Assembly: GCA_039588275.1 (NCBI GenBank)
Contig: JBDHAC010000063.1
Location: 1 to 23,409, forward strand
From: Gemmatimonadota bacterium
GTDB lineage: Bacteria > Gemmatimonadota > Gemmatimonadetes > Palauibacterales > Palauibacteraceae
Direction: 5' to 3'
DNA length: 23,409 bases
How positions within the stretch are numbered: position 1 is the first letter of the stretch; the number at the start of each line of letters is the position of its first letter. Shown here in pieces: positions 1-10,387 of the stretch. The notes below the pieces were generated by a model, which had not been told where the DNA came from, searched no databases, and worked only from the letters and a program-made list of their open reading frames with translations. A program made the translations under genes and the position numbers.

Positions 1-1443
1 CACAACGAGTACGGCGCCTGGGGCCTGACGGTGTTCCAGACCGACGGCGAGGACCTGTACGTATACGAGACCGACGCGGCCGACCCGGACCGCTACCGGT
101 ACGGTGACGGCTGGGAGCGGATGGCCGTGATCCGGGACACGATCAGGGTGAAAGGGCAGGCGCCCCACGTCGCCGAGCTCAAGTACACGAGACACGGTCC
201 GGTGGTTTACGAGGACCCGGAGCACCGGGTGGCGTACGCGGTACGCGCGGCGTGGATGGAAATCGGCGGCGCGCCCTACCTGGCCAGCCTTCGCATGGAC
301 CAGGCCCGGACGTGGGAGGAGTTCCGGGACGCGTGCAACTACAGCCACATCCCCGGCGAGAACATGGTGTGGGCCGACCGTGATGGGAACATCGGGTGGC
401 AGGCTGTGGGAATCGCGCCGATCCGGAGGAGCTGGAGCGGCCTGGTACCCATTCCGGGCGACGGTCGCTACGAGTGGGACGGGTACCTCCCGATTGTGGA
501 CAAGCCGCACGTCCACAACCCGCCCGAGGGGTACTTCGCGACGGCCAACAACGACCTGATCCCGCGCGATTATCCGCATATGGACGCGATCGGCTTCAGC
601 TGGTCGGCGCCGTATCGCTGGTCGCGGATCAACGAGGTTCTGGGGAGCGGGCGGAAGCACTCGCTGGTGGACATGATGCGGCTCCAGACCGATGAGCTCT
701 CGCTTCCGGCCCGGCGACTGGTGCCACTACTGCGTGACATCGAGCTGTCGGGTGCCGCGCCCCCCGGAGTCGGGGAGGCGCGCACGCTGTTGCTCGAGTG
801 GGACTACGCCCTCGATCGCCGATCCGTGGCCGCCGGAATCTACGTGGCGTGGGAGGCACGGCTCAGGAGCGCCATCCGTGAGCGGATGATCCCCGAGGAA
901 GCGCGTCGTTACCTGCGGGGCGTGTCAATGACGCGCGTGATCGAGTGGATCGCGGTTCCGCCCGCGGAGTTCGGGCCCGATCCCGTCGCGGTCCGGGATG
1001 CGATTCTGCTGACCGCTCTCGAAGGAGCAGTCGCTGACCTCACGGAGAAGCTCGGCCCCGACATGACCGGCTGGCAGTACGGCCAGGACGCATACAAGCA
1101 TGCGCTGCTCCGGCACCCGCTGGGCCGGGCCGTGGACGAGGCCATGCGCCGTCGCCTGGACGTAGGCCCCGCGCCCAGGGGCGGGTACGGGTTCACGGTG
1201 AACAACACCGGGAACGGGGACAACCAGACGAGCGGCGCCTCCTTCCGGATCATCGTCGACACGCAGGACTGGGATCGGGCGGTAGGGATGAACGCTCCGG
1301 GGCAGGCGGGAGACCCGGAGAGCCCCCATTACCGCGACCTGTTCGCTCAGTGGGCCCGGAACGAGTTCCACCCGGTCGTCTACTCGCAGGATCGGGTGAA
1401 AGCCGCGGCGGATCAGACGCTCCGTCTGGTACCGGGGCGGTAG
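1..1443 (+). CDS. Penicillin acylase family (Ntn-hydrolase) protein, 5'-truncated by window edge
   Basis: Frame 1 is open from base 1 (HNEYGAWGLTVFQTD...). Beta-subunit motifs include TRHGPV, NMVWADRDGNIG, NPPEGYFATANN, GASFRIIVD and PGQAGDPESPHYRD. The catalytic N-terminal Ser lies outside the window. Confidence 0.9.
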   Translation, partial: HNEYGAWGLTVFQTDGEDLYVYETDAADPDRYRYGDGWERMAVIRDTIRVKGQAPHVAELKYTRHGPVVYEDPEHRVAYAVRAAWMEIGGAPYLASLRMDQARTWEEFRDACNYSHIPGENMVWADRDGNIGWQAVGIAPIRRSWSGLVPIPGDGRYEWDGYLPIVDKPHVHNPPEGYFATANNDLIPRDYPHMDAIGFSWSAPYRWSRINEVLGSGRKHSLVDMMRLQTDELSLPARRLVPLLRDIELSGAAPPGVGEARTLLLEWDYALDRRSVAAGIYVAWEARLRSAIRERMIPEEARRYLRGVSMTRVIEWIAVPPAEFGPDPVAVRDAILLTALEGAVADLTEKLGPDMTGWQYGQDAYKHALLRHPLGRAVDEAMRRRLDVGPAPRGGYGFTVNNTGNGDNQTSGASFRIIVDTQDWDRAVGMNAPGQAGDPESPHYRDLFAQWARNEFHPVVYSQDRVKAAADQTLRLVPGR

Positions 1444-1540
1444 CCGTCGGGGGCCGGGGCCCGAGTACCCTGGCCCGCTCCGATCAGCCGTCGCACCTTC
1501 TGTGGATCGCACGTCCCCCCAGCCACAGGAGGGAAGCCCC

Positions 1541-4500
1541 ATGTCTGGTCGTCGTCGCATCACCGTCACGCTGGCATCCGGATTCGCGCTGACGCTGGCC
1601 GTCGCACCGTCGGTCGCGCAGCAGATCTCGCCCGAGCAATACGAGCACCTCCCGTTCCGTCACATCGGACCGGTGGGGAACCGCGCCGCCTCGATCGCCG
1701 GGGTTCCTGGCGATCGCATGGTCTACTACGCGGGCGCCGCCAGCGGTGGCGTCTGGAAGACCGAGGACGCCGGGCTCCACTGGAGACCCGTGTTCGACGA
1801 CCAGCCCGTCCACTCCATCGGGGCGCTGGCCGTGTCTCCTTCGGATCCCGCGATCGTGTGGGCCGGCACAGGTGAGACCTCGATCCGCTCGAACGTCTCG
1901 ATCGGGAACGGGATCTGGAAGTCGACGGATGCGGGTGAGACGTGGCGGCACATGGGGTTGGTGGGCTCCGGTCGCATCGGCCGCATCGTCGTCCACCCAC
2001 TGAACGCGGACATCGTATACGCGGCGGCGCTCGGGCACGCGTACGCCTCGCAGCAGGAGCGAGGCGTCTACCGAACCACCGATGGTGGCGAAACGTGGGA
2101 GCGGGTGCTGTTCGTGGACGAGAACACGGGCGCGTACGAGATCGCCATGGACCCGCACAACCCGCGCAAGCTGTTCGCGACGATGTGGCAGATCGATCTC
2201 AAGACGTGGGGGCGGGAGAGCGGTGGACCCGGGAGCGGAATCTTCGTCACGAACGATGCCGGAGACAGCTGGACACGTCTCGAGGGCCACGGGCTTCCGA
2301 CGAAGCCGGTGGGGAAGATCGCGGTGTGCATGTCGGCGGACGACTCACGCCGGGTCTACGCGCTCATCGAGACGGGAGACGGCGTGCCGATCCACGGCGA
2401 AGAGACGGACACCGGCGAGCTGTGGAGATCCGAGGACCGGGGCGTTAGCTGGCAGCTCGTCTCGTACCACCACGATCTGGCGACCCGGCAGGCGTACTAC
2501 ACGCGGTGTGCGGTCTCACCCGACGACCGGGACGAGATCTACTTCGCCTCCTCCAGCTTCTCCTGGAGCCTGAACGGGGGCGAGACGCACACGACGACGA
2601 ACTTCCTGCGCGACAAGTCATCGCCGGGGTGGGACTTCCACGACATCTGGATCGACCCGACGAACGGCGACCGGATCGTGATCGCCTTTGACGGGGGCGT
2701 CACCCTGACCGAGAACCGGGGCGAGTCCTGGTTCCGCATGCAGCTCCCGATCGCGCAGATGTACCACGTAACCGCGGACAACGCGGTGCCGTACAACGTG
2801 CTCGGAAACCGGCAGGACGGCCCCTCGTTCAGGGGGCCCTCTAACACGCGATACGGTGGCCTGTGGGGGCGCGGCATCATCCCACGCGGCGACTGGCGTG
2901 CCGTGGGCGGGGGCGAGAGCGGCTTCGCGACCGCTGACCCCACGGACCCGAACATCGTGTGGTCGAGCGCGTCGGGCTCGGGCGCGGGCGGCGGGATCGT
3001 GGTCCGCCACGACGTAGCGGCGGGCCAGTTCCGCAACGTCGAGGTGTGGCCGATGTCTACCCGCGGGTGGCCCGCAGAGGGTCTTCGCTACCGATTCCAG
3101 TGGACCTTCCCGCTCCTCATCTCGCCACACGACCGCAACACCATCTACGTGACGAGCCAGCACGTGCACCGGACCACGAACGGGGGGCAGAGCTGGGAGG
3201 TGGTCAGCCCCGATCTGACCACGAACGACAAGTCGAAGCAGGGGATCTCGGGCGGGCTCACCCCGGATAACATCGGTGTGGAGTACTGCTGCGTGATCTA
3301 CGCGTTCGACGAATCGCCGGTCGAGCAGGGCGTCCTGTGGGCCGGCTCGAACGACGGGCTGGTGCACGTGAGCCGTGACGGGGGAGAGAGCTGGGGGAAC
3401 GTCACCATGAACATCCCGAACCTGCCTCCCGACGGCGTGGTGCGGAGCATCGACGCATCGAGGTGGGACGCGGGGAAGGCGTACATCACCATCGAGCACC
3501 ACCAGGTGGGCGACTTCGCCCCCCGCGCCTACGTGACCGAGAACTTCGGCGAGACCTGGACGGAGATCACGAACGGCGTCGGCGACGGACCGCTCTCGTA
3601 TACCCGGTACCTCCTCGAGGACCCGGTCAGACCGGGGCTCCTCTACCTGGGGACAGAGGCCTCGCTGTACATGACCTGGTCGTCGGAACGTACGGGCGCG
3701 GGTATTGGATCCTCGACGATCTGAGCCCGATCCAGCAGCTGACAGACGAGGTCGTGGCATCCTCCGCCCACCTGTTCCAGCCGAGGGACGCCTACCGATT
3801 CCATTCCACGACCGAGCCGATGATCACGTTCGAGGACTGGACGCACGGCGAGAACCCGCCCAACGGGGCCTCGCTCAACTACTGGCTCGGATCGAGTCCC
3901 GAGGGCGACGTGAAGATCCGGATCGACAACGCGGCCGGCGAGACGGTGCGCGCGCTCGATGGGACGAAGCACGCAGGGATCAACCGCCTGTGGTGGAACT
4001 TCCGCGGCGAAGGGGGGACGCAGATCAAGCTGCGGACGAAACCGCTGTACGCGGACTGGTATCCGATGCCGGATGAGGGATGGCGCTCCGGCGGAGGAGG
4101 CGGCTTCTTCGGCGGCGGGACGTCGGTGCTCCAGCCGCCCGGCACGTACACGGTGACCCTCACGGTCGATGGGACCGAGGTGGGAAGCCAGTCGCTCACC
4201 GTGCTCAAGGACCCCAACTCGGAGGGCAGCCTGGCCGACATCCAGGCGCAAACCGCCTTGGTGGAGGAGATCGTGGGCGACCTCGACGACGCCGCCGAGC
4301 TGGTCAATCGCATCGAGCTCATCCGACGGCAGCTATACGACTTGAAACCGGTGCTGGCGGAAGGCGACGAGACCGAAGACCTGATCACGGCCGCCGATGC
4401 GCTGGATGAGAAGCTGATCGATGTCGAAGAGGAGCTGATCCAGCTCAAGAACACCGGGCCCGATGGGGTGCGGTGGCCCGCGATGGTGGTGGGGCGGCTG

Positions 4501-4689
4501 CGCTACCTGATAGGAAACGTGGCGACGGCCGATTTTCCGCCGACCGACCAACACCGCGAGGTGCACGGGATCCTGAAGGAGCAGCTGCGTACCGCCAGCC
4601 AACAGCTGGACGCGCTGCTCCAGACCGATGTGGCCGCCTTCAACAGCCTGCTGCGGGAGCGCGGGGTGGCACCCGTCATCACGACCTGA
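1541..4689 (+). pseudogene. VPS10/sortilin-like BNR (Asp-box) repeat beta-propeller protein ('glycosyl hydrolase'), split by a frameshift/deletion at ~3670; pseudogene or assembly error
   Basis: ATG at 1541 follows AGGAGGGA and is followed by a signal peptide (...APSVAQ). There are about 10 Asp-box repeats (TEDAGLHW, STDAGETW, TTDGGETW, SRDGGESW...). Homology-like sequence stops at LYLGTEASLY (~3670) and resumes in the -1 frame as HDLVVGTYGRGYWILDD, continuing to the helical C-terminus and stop at 4689. Confidence 0.85.
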
Positions 4690-4760
4690 GGGCTACGACC
4701 TGAGGATCACGACCTGAAGATCACGACCTGAAGTTGACGACCCGACGATCACGACCCGAG
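4677..4760 (+). repeat. Tandem repeat, 6 x 14 bp, consensus GATCACGACCYGAR
   Basis: Units read directly: catcacgacctgag, ggctacgacctgag, gatcacgacctgaa, gatcacgacctgaa, gttgacgacccgac, gatcacgacccgag. A partial unit gatcacg lies at 4768-4774. Confidence 0.9.
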
Positions 4761-4774
4761 CCAGCGAGATCACG

Positions 4775-5377
4775 ATGAGTCCGAGACGCCTCACCAGGCG
4801 CGAGTTTGTCGAACAGGCCGCCCGTCGCACCGCCGGTGTGGGCCTGGCGGGCACGGTGCTTCCGATCCTGTCGTGCCTACCCGCGGACGACGAAGCCGCG
4901 CTTCCGTCACTGCCGCTGGATGAGGGGGCGCTGACGGCCGCGATGGACGAGATCATCCCGGCGGGGGAGGGCATGCCCTCGGCCAGCGAGGCGGGCGTGC
5001 TGCGATACTTTCGGCGGCTCGCGGCGGGAGGCGTGGAGCAGGTCGCCCCGCCGCTGCCCGATCTTGCCGAGACGCTTTCCGGGGCGCTCGAGGCGATGGA
5101 GGCGGGGAGCAACGAGCGCTTCGGCCGCCCGTTCCTCGATCTCTCGGCGCCGGAGCGCGTCGAGGTACTGGAGAGGCTGGAAGCGTCAGACCCCGGAGTC
5201 TTCTTCGGGTTTTCGACCCTGGTGTACGAGGCGTACTACGTCCAACCCGCCGTGTGGGAGCTTCTCGGCTACGAGCCGTATCCCACCGGCGAGGCGGGCC
5301 CGACGCTGGACCCCTTCGATGAGAGCGCGCTGGCGCGCGTCCGGAGCGCGCCGCCCATGTATCGGGAGGCGCTCTGA
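4775..5377 (+). CDS. Gluconate 2-dehydrogenase subunit 3 family (Tat-exported 'hitchhiker' small subunit)
   Basis: Twin-arginine motif LTRREFV, and family-like motifs DEIIP, PSASEAGV, FGRPFLDLS..ER..VL and YY.QP.VW.LLGY. The stop overlaps the next ATG (TGATG). Confidence 0.85.
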   Translation: MSPRRLTRREFVEQAARRTAGVGLAGTVLPILSCLPADDEAALPSLPLDEGALTAAMDEIIPAGEGMPSASEAGVLRYFRRLAAGGVEQVAPPLPDLAETLSGALEAMEAGSNERFGRPFLDLSAPERVEVLERLEASDPGVFFGFSTLVYEAYYVQPAVWELLGYEPYPTGEAGPTLDPFDESALARVRSAPPMYREAL

Positions 5378-6966
5378 TGGCTCAGGAGCGAGCGGACGTA
5401 CTCATCATCGGGTCGGGGGCGGCGGGCGGCGCGCTGGGCTGGCGTCTCACGGAGCTGGGTGCGCGGGTGGTGTGCCTCGAGCAGGGCGATTGGATCGCGC
5501 CCGAGAGCATGGCCTCCACCCGGCCGACGTACGAGACGCACCTGCTGCGTGGCGATTGGAACTTCGACCCCAACGTGCGCAAGCGGCCCGAGGACTATCC
5601 AGTCGTCACGGCGGGGGAGCACCCTCCCCAGATCTTCATGTTCAACGCGGTCGGCGGCACGACGATCCACTGGCAGGCCCACTTTCCGCGGTTTCACCCT
5701 TCGGACTTCCGGGTGCGGTCGCTCGACGGCGTGGCGGCGGATTGGCCGGTCGGGTACGGGGATCTGGCCTCCTACTACGATCTCAACGACGGCATGATGG
5801 GCGTCTCCGGCCTGGCCGGAGACCCGGCCAACCCGCCGCGGACTCCCAGGCCCACGCCGCCGCTGCCAATCGGCGATCTGGGGCGAGCGCTGGTCAGCGG
5901 GTTCGAGTCGCTGGGCTGGCATTGGTGGGTTTCCGACCAGGCGATCGTGTCGCGGGCGTACGAGGGGCGTGCGCCCTGCCTCCTGCACGGGAAGTGCATG
6001 TTCGGCTGCCCGGTCGGCGCGAAGGCATCGACCGATCGCGTGTACTGGCGACCGGCGGTAGCGAAGGGCGCCGTTCTCAGGACGCGGGCTCGGGTGCGGG
6101 AGATCACGGTCGATGCCGACGGGCGCGCCCGCGGCGCTTTGTACTACGACACGGACGGGAATCTACAGGAGGCGCTCGCCCGCGTGGTCGTCGTGTGCTG
6201 CAACGGAGTCGGCACGCCGCGGCTGCTCCTCAACTCGACCTCGAGCATGTTCCCCGACGGTCTGGCCAACTCCTCGGGTATGGTCGGGAGGAACTTCATG
6301 ATCCACCCGGCCAGGTGGGTTTCGGGGATCTTCGAGGAGGAGATGGATGGGCATATCGGTCCGATGGGCCAGCCCCTGTACTCGCAGGAGTTCTACGAGA
6401 CCGACCCCGGCCGCGGATTCGTGCGCGGCTACACCCTGAACGGCGAGCGTACCTTCGGGCCGCTGGCGCACGCCTTGGCGGTTCCGTGGGGGGAGGCTCA
6501 CCACCGCACCATGAGGCAGCGCTTCCCGCACACCGTGGGGATGAGCGTGTTGTGTGACGATCTCCCCGAGGAGCACAACCGCGTGGAGCTCGATCCGGAG
6601 CTGACCGACTCGCACGGGATTCCGGCCGCGCGCGCGACCTACGCCCTCAGCGACAACACACAGCGGATGTTGGCGCACGGCCTGGAGCGAGTCCGCCAGG
6701 TGCTCGAAGCCGCGGGGGCGGTCGAGATCTTGGAGGCGGCTTGGCCTCAGAACATGGGTCACCTGATGGGGACGGCCCGAATGGGTGACGATCCCCGAAC
6801 GTCCGTCGTCGACGCCTGGAACCGGGCGCACGATGTCCCCAACCTGTTCATCGTGGACGGGAGCTCGTTCACGACCGGCGCGGGCGTGAATCCCACCTCT
6901 ACCATCGGGGCCCTGGCCCTGAGAGCGGCGGACGGGATCTGGGAGCGTCGCGGCGACTGGGTGTGA
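5377..6966 (+). CDS. GMC family FAD-dependent oxidoreductase (large subunit)
   Basis: FAD-binding DVLIIGSGAAGG, VGGTTIHW, Cys cluster CLLHGKCMFGC, GTPRLLLNS, catalytic HLMGTARMG and NPT motif. Confidence 0.93.
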   Translation: MAQERADVLIIGSGAAGGALGWRLTELGARVVCLEQGDWIAPESMASTRPTYETHLLRGDWNFDPNVRKRPEDYPVVTAGEHPPQIFMFNAVGGTTIHWQAHFPRFHPSDFRVRSLDGVAADWPVGYGDLASYYDLNDGMMGVSGLAGDPANPPRTPRPTPPLPIGDLGRALVSGFESLGWHWWVSDQAIVSRAYEGRAPCLLHGKCMFGCPVGAKASTDRVYWRPAVAKGAVLRTRARVREITVDADGRARGALYYDTDGNLQEALARVVVVCCNGVGTPRLLLNSTSSMFPDGLANSSGMVGRNFMIHPARWVSGIFEEEMDGHIGPMGQPLYSQEFYETDPGRGFVRGYTLNGERTFGPLAHALAVPWGEAHHRTMRQRFPHTVGMSVLCDDLPEEHNRVELDPELTDSHGIPAARATYALSDNTQRMLAHGLERVRQVLEAAGAVEILEAAWPQNMGHLMGTARMGDDPRTSVVDAWNRAHDVPNLFIVDGSSFTTGAGVNPTSTIGALALRAADGIWERRGDWV

Positions 6967-7150
6967 GCCCCGGGTCCGACATCGCGCAGTAAACCGCAAT
7001 AATCGGTGGCGCCCTGCGGTGCTCGACGCGTTCGACAGCGAGCGTGCCGAGGACGTTTCACCTCCGTCCCCGCTGCCGGATGTACGCTGAATGCCGCGTC
7101 ATCGCAGCAGAATCCCCGAACGATCCATCTTGCCGGACACGGCGAAGTCG

Positions 7151-7166
7151 TGGCTCGGGATATGCT
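7151..7166 (+). promoter_or_regulatory. Candidate sigma54 -24/-12 promoter upstream of the GGDEF-EAL gene
   Basis: TGGCTCGGGATATGCT versus consensus TGGCACGNNNNTTGCW: two mismatches with exact GG-N10-GC spacing, in an intergenic position. Confidence 0.5.
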
Positions 7167-7247
7167 TTCTGGAGGTGCCTAGGCTCTGGACTGTCCGGCC
7201 GCGGACAGAGACGCGGCGCGAGACGGCAGACATCAGCGGGAGGCTGT

Positions 7248-9050
7248 TTGCCCTCGACATCAGTATGGCTCACAAGTCTCAGCGTCGCGTTTCCGGTGCT
7301 GGTCGTGCTCGCGTGGTTCCGCCGCCGGCTCGTGCTCGCCGGATATGAATCGTTGTTCGCCGAGCACACGGACGCTGTAGCGACCCTCGACCGTAAAGGA
7401 CGAATCCGGCGCATCAACCGTGCGTTCACGAGCCTCACGGGTCTGGACGAGTCTCGAGTGCGCCGGATCGCGTTCTCCGATGCCGTCCGGGAAGAGGATC
7501 GAGCACAGGCGATGTCCGCCTTGCGCGCTGCGCGTCGCGGTGAGCCCCGCACGGTCGAGGCAGGCCTGCGCGATGAAGAGGGCGAGCGAGTGGACGTGGA
7601 GCTCACCTCTGTCCCGATCGTGGTGTTGGGGCGGGTGGTGGGGACTCACCAGATCGCGCGCGACATACGCGACCGCAAAGAGGCGGACCGAAAGCTCCAC
7701 GCGAGAGCCCTGCACGATCCCCTGACCGGTTTGTCGAATCGCACGCTCTTCCAGGACCGGCTCCGCCACGCGTTGGACCGCGGCCGCCGAACCGGGCAGA
7801 TGGTTGGGCTTCTCTACATGGATCTGGACCATTTCAAGAACGTGAACGACACGGCCGGTCACGAAGCGGGGGATCTCCTGCTCAAGACTGTCGCGTCGCG
7901 GCTCGAGAGCGTCCTTCGGGAGGGAGACACGGTGGCGCGGCTGGGTGGGGACGAGTTCGCCATCCTGCTGGAAGACATGGAGGGCGAGGAGGAGGCGGTC
8001 GTTGCGGCCAGGCGCGTGGCCGATCTGTTGAGCAAGCCCGTGCGCCTCGAGAGCGGTGACTGGAATGCCGGCGGGAGCGTGGGCGTGGCGATCAGCTCCA
8101 CCCTCACCGAGTCACCCGAGGAGTTGGTACGGCGGGCGGATCTCGCCATGTACGAGGCGAAACGGAGGGGCGGATGCCGCTACCAGCCGTACACTCCGGC
8201 TCTCGACGACCAGCAGCGTGACGTGAACCTGCACCTGGAGAGCGATCTGCGCCACGCGATTCAGGAGAATGGGCTGAATGTCCACTATCAGGCGATCGTG
8301 GACCTCGCGGGAACCCGTATCGTGGGAGTCGAAGCGCTGGTCCGCTGGCAACACCAGAGACTCGGCTCCCTGACACCTTCGATCTTCCTCCCGATCGCCG
8401 AGCGCTCGAACCTGATCGGCGCCCTCGACCGATGGGTCCTGAGGCGCGCCTGCCGTGACGTCAAGACACTGCTCGAGGATTCGGCGTCGATCGCCCCCGA
8501 TTTCTTCCTCAGCGTGAACTGCTCGAAGCGTGGTCTCGCGGAAGCTGACTCGGCGGCGACGATCATCGACATCCTCGAGGCGGAGGCGTTCGACCCTCGG
8601 CGGCTCCAGGTAGAGCTCACGGAGAGTGTCGGAGGCGGGAGCCTGGAAACGCTGGAGCGACTGAGGGCGGCAGGAATCAAGCTAGCGATCGACGACTTCG
8701 GGACCGGCTACTCCTCGCTCGGCTATCTGGGGCGACTGCAGGTCGACGTGCTGAAGATCGATCGTTCCCTGATTCGCGCGCTCGGGGCTGACACCACCTC
8801 GGGCGCTATCGTCCGCACCATCCTCACGCTCGCTCAGGTTATCGGGCTCGGCGTGATCGTAGAAGGAGTCGAGAACGTTGGGCAGCTGAGGCAGCTCCAG
8901 GAGCTGGGCGGGCGATACGTGCAGGGCTTCTACTTCGGTCAGCCGACCGACTTCGAAACGATCGCCAACCTGATACGTCGCGGCCTGCCACCGGATTGGG
9001 CCTTCCGCGGTGCGAGCCCCTCCCGTCAGGTCGCCGCTACGTCGGGATAG
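7248..9050 (+). CDS. TM-PAS-GGDEF-EAL diguanylate cyclase/phosphodiesterase
   Basis: N-terminal hydrophobic helix and PAS/PAC (INRAF...ARDI). GGDEF domain has HDPLTGLSNR, DLDHFKNVND, I-site REGD five residues before GGDEF. EAL domain has EALVRW, SVN, ELTE, DDFGTGYSS, KID, EGVE, QG. Start placed at TTG 7248 after GGGAGG; the ORF-track start at 7044 looks over-extended. Confidence 0.93.
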   Translation: MPSTSVWLTSLSVAFPVLVVLAWFRRRLVLAGYESLFAEHTDAVATLDRKGRIRRINRAFTSLTGLDESRVRRIAFSDAVREEDRAQAMSALRAARRGEPRTVEAGLRDEEGERVDVELTSVPIVVLGRVVGTHQIARDIRDRKEADRKLHARALHDPLTGLSNRTLFQDRLRHALDRGRRTGQMVGLLYMDLDHFKNVNDTAGHEAGDLLLKTVASRLESVLREGDTVARLGGDEFAILLEDMEGEEEAVVAARRVADLLSKPVRLESGDWNAGGSVGVAISSTLTESPEELVRRADLAMYEAKRRGGCRYQPYTPALDDQQRDVNLHLESDLRHAIQENGLNVHYQAIVDLAGTRIVGVEALVRWQHQRLGSLTPSIFLPIAERSNLIGALDRWVLRRACRDVKTLLEDSASIAPDFFLSVNCSKRGLAEADSAATIIDILEAEAFDPRRLQVELTESVGGGSLETLERLRAAGIKLAIDDFGTGYSSLGYLGRLQVDVLKIDRSLIRALGADTTSGAIVRTILTLAQVIGLGVIVEGVENVGQLRQLQELGGRYVQGFYFGQPTDFETIANLIRRGLPPDWAFRGASPSRQVAATSG

Positions 9051-10144
9051 GCCTCCCCGAGCGGATAGTCGCTGCCGGCCAACTCGGCGGCGGACCAGCC
9101 CAGGATCCGTCGGCGGACCTCGTCGGGCACGTCCTTGTGGCGGTCGGCCGTCCCCTTCACGAACAGCTCCGCGTCCGTCGCCAGGATGTGCGGCGGGTGC
9201 ATCTCGAACGCTTCCTTGTGCCGTTGCATGTACTGGAAGCCGCACTTGTGGACGACGTTATCGAGCTCCTCGTCGGTGAGCGCCCGCATCCCCAGGAAGC
9301 TCGTCACCTGGCGCACGATATCGGGCAGATCGCGCTTCATGTCCTCGAAGTGGACGAACAGCACGTTGTCGTTGGCCTGCGAGAGCTCCCACCAGCCCAC
9401 AACGTGCGCCGGCCAGGTGCCCCACCACATCAGCCCATCCGAGCAGAACCACTCCTCGATCACGCCGAGATCGGGTGCGAGCGCGCCCACGTTGGTGGCG
9501 ATGAAGTCGGCGCAGCTCGCGAAGCACGAGACGGGGTGACGGGCGACGTACACGTAACGCGCCTCGGGGCTGAACGGACACAGGGACGCGGGGAAGTGCG
9601 TCTTGATCACGCGGGACGGCCGCTCGGCTCCGAGGAGCGGCGCCTCGTCGATCGGGACGCTCTTGAGCGCCTCCAGCCACGGCGATACGGCGTACAGCGC
9701 GGTGCCGCTATCGACCAGATCCCCGGCTCCGCGGTGGAGGATCTCGTACACCACATGCTGCATCCAGGTCGTCCCGCACTTCATTTGCGTCACGACGAAG
9801 ACGTCTTTCTGTCGGGCCTCGTATTCATCTCCACGCTGGAAGCTCTCGAGGCTGCACGTCCCTTTGGGACCCGAGATGCCGCGGTGCTGAAAGCTGGCCT
9901 TTTGAAACGTGAAGCTCGAGAACCTGCCCGTCAGACGGAGAATCGGGTACAGGAGCCGCGCATGGCGCCGCAGGGCCCGCTTGAAGGCGGCTCGCCCCTC
10001 CGGGGGGAGACCGTAGTACTCGAGGTCACGGGTCTTCTGGTCCTCCCACGAGAGAATGACGCCCAGGTAGATCATCTGCGCGAGGAGGAAGAGGACGAGC
10101 ACGCCCGCGAGCACCGCGACCCACGTCAGTGCGCTCAAGCCCAT
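9026..10144 (-). CDS. PAPS-dependent sulfotransferase (Sulfotransfer_1-like) with N-terminal membrane anchor
   Basis: 5'-PSB loop DVFVVTQMKCGTTW, catalytic KTH, 3'-PB YVARHPVSCFAS, and LFVHFEDMKRD. The first ~30 aa are hydrophobic. It overlaps the convergent GGDEF-EAL gene by 25 bp. Confidence 0.9.
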   Translation of the reverse strand: MGLSALTWVAVLAGVLVLFLLAQMIYLGVILSWEDQKTRDLEYYGLPPEGRAAFKRALRRHARLLYPILRLTGRFSSFTFQKASFQHRGISGPKGTCSLESFQRGDEYEARQKDVFVVTQMKCGTTWMQHVVYEILHRGAGDLVDSGTALYAVSPWLEALKSVPIDEAPLLGAERPSRVIKTHFPASLCPFSPEARYVYVARHPVSCFASCADFIATNVGALAPDLGVIEEWFCSDGLMWWGTWPAHVVGWWELSQANDNVLFVHFEDMKRDLPDIVRQVTSFLGMRALTDEELDNVVHKCGFQYMQRHKEAFEMHPPHILATDAELFVKGTADRHKDVPDEVRRRILGWSAAELAGSDYPLGEAYPDVAAT

Positions 10145-10387
10145 CCGTTATCTGGCTCCGATCCACATTGCGCCACCCCTGCGGCTTTGGTGCGTCGAAC
10201 GGCCCCATTCCCCCGCGTCCGAGCGTGCGGGAATGTGCTCACATCTGCATGCACCCGTCCAGTTACTCGATGGACCGACCCGCGAAGGGTCCCCGGCGAC
10301 GCCCGACCCATCGTCACCGCCGCGCCGCGGCGGTATTATTTTGGACTGTCCGGCCCTCCTTTCTCCACTTCTACGAAGGAGGCCCTA

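Noticed and set aside
4677..4760. Possible CRISPR array
   Set aside because: The 14-bp units are head-to-tail with no unique spacers, and there are no cas genes.
10233..10244. Near-palindrome ATGTGCTCACAT in the divergent intergenic region
   Set aside because: Short, single and not attributable to a regulator; it could be chance.
8996..10387. N-terminal ~460 aa of the 747-aa plus-strand ORF
   Set aside because: It is the antisense shadow of the sulfotransferase. The real gene starts at ATG 10388 after AAGGAGG.
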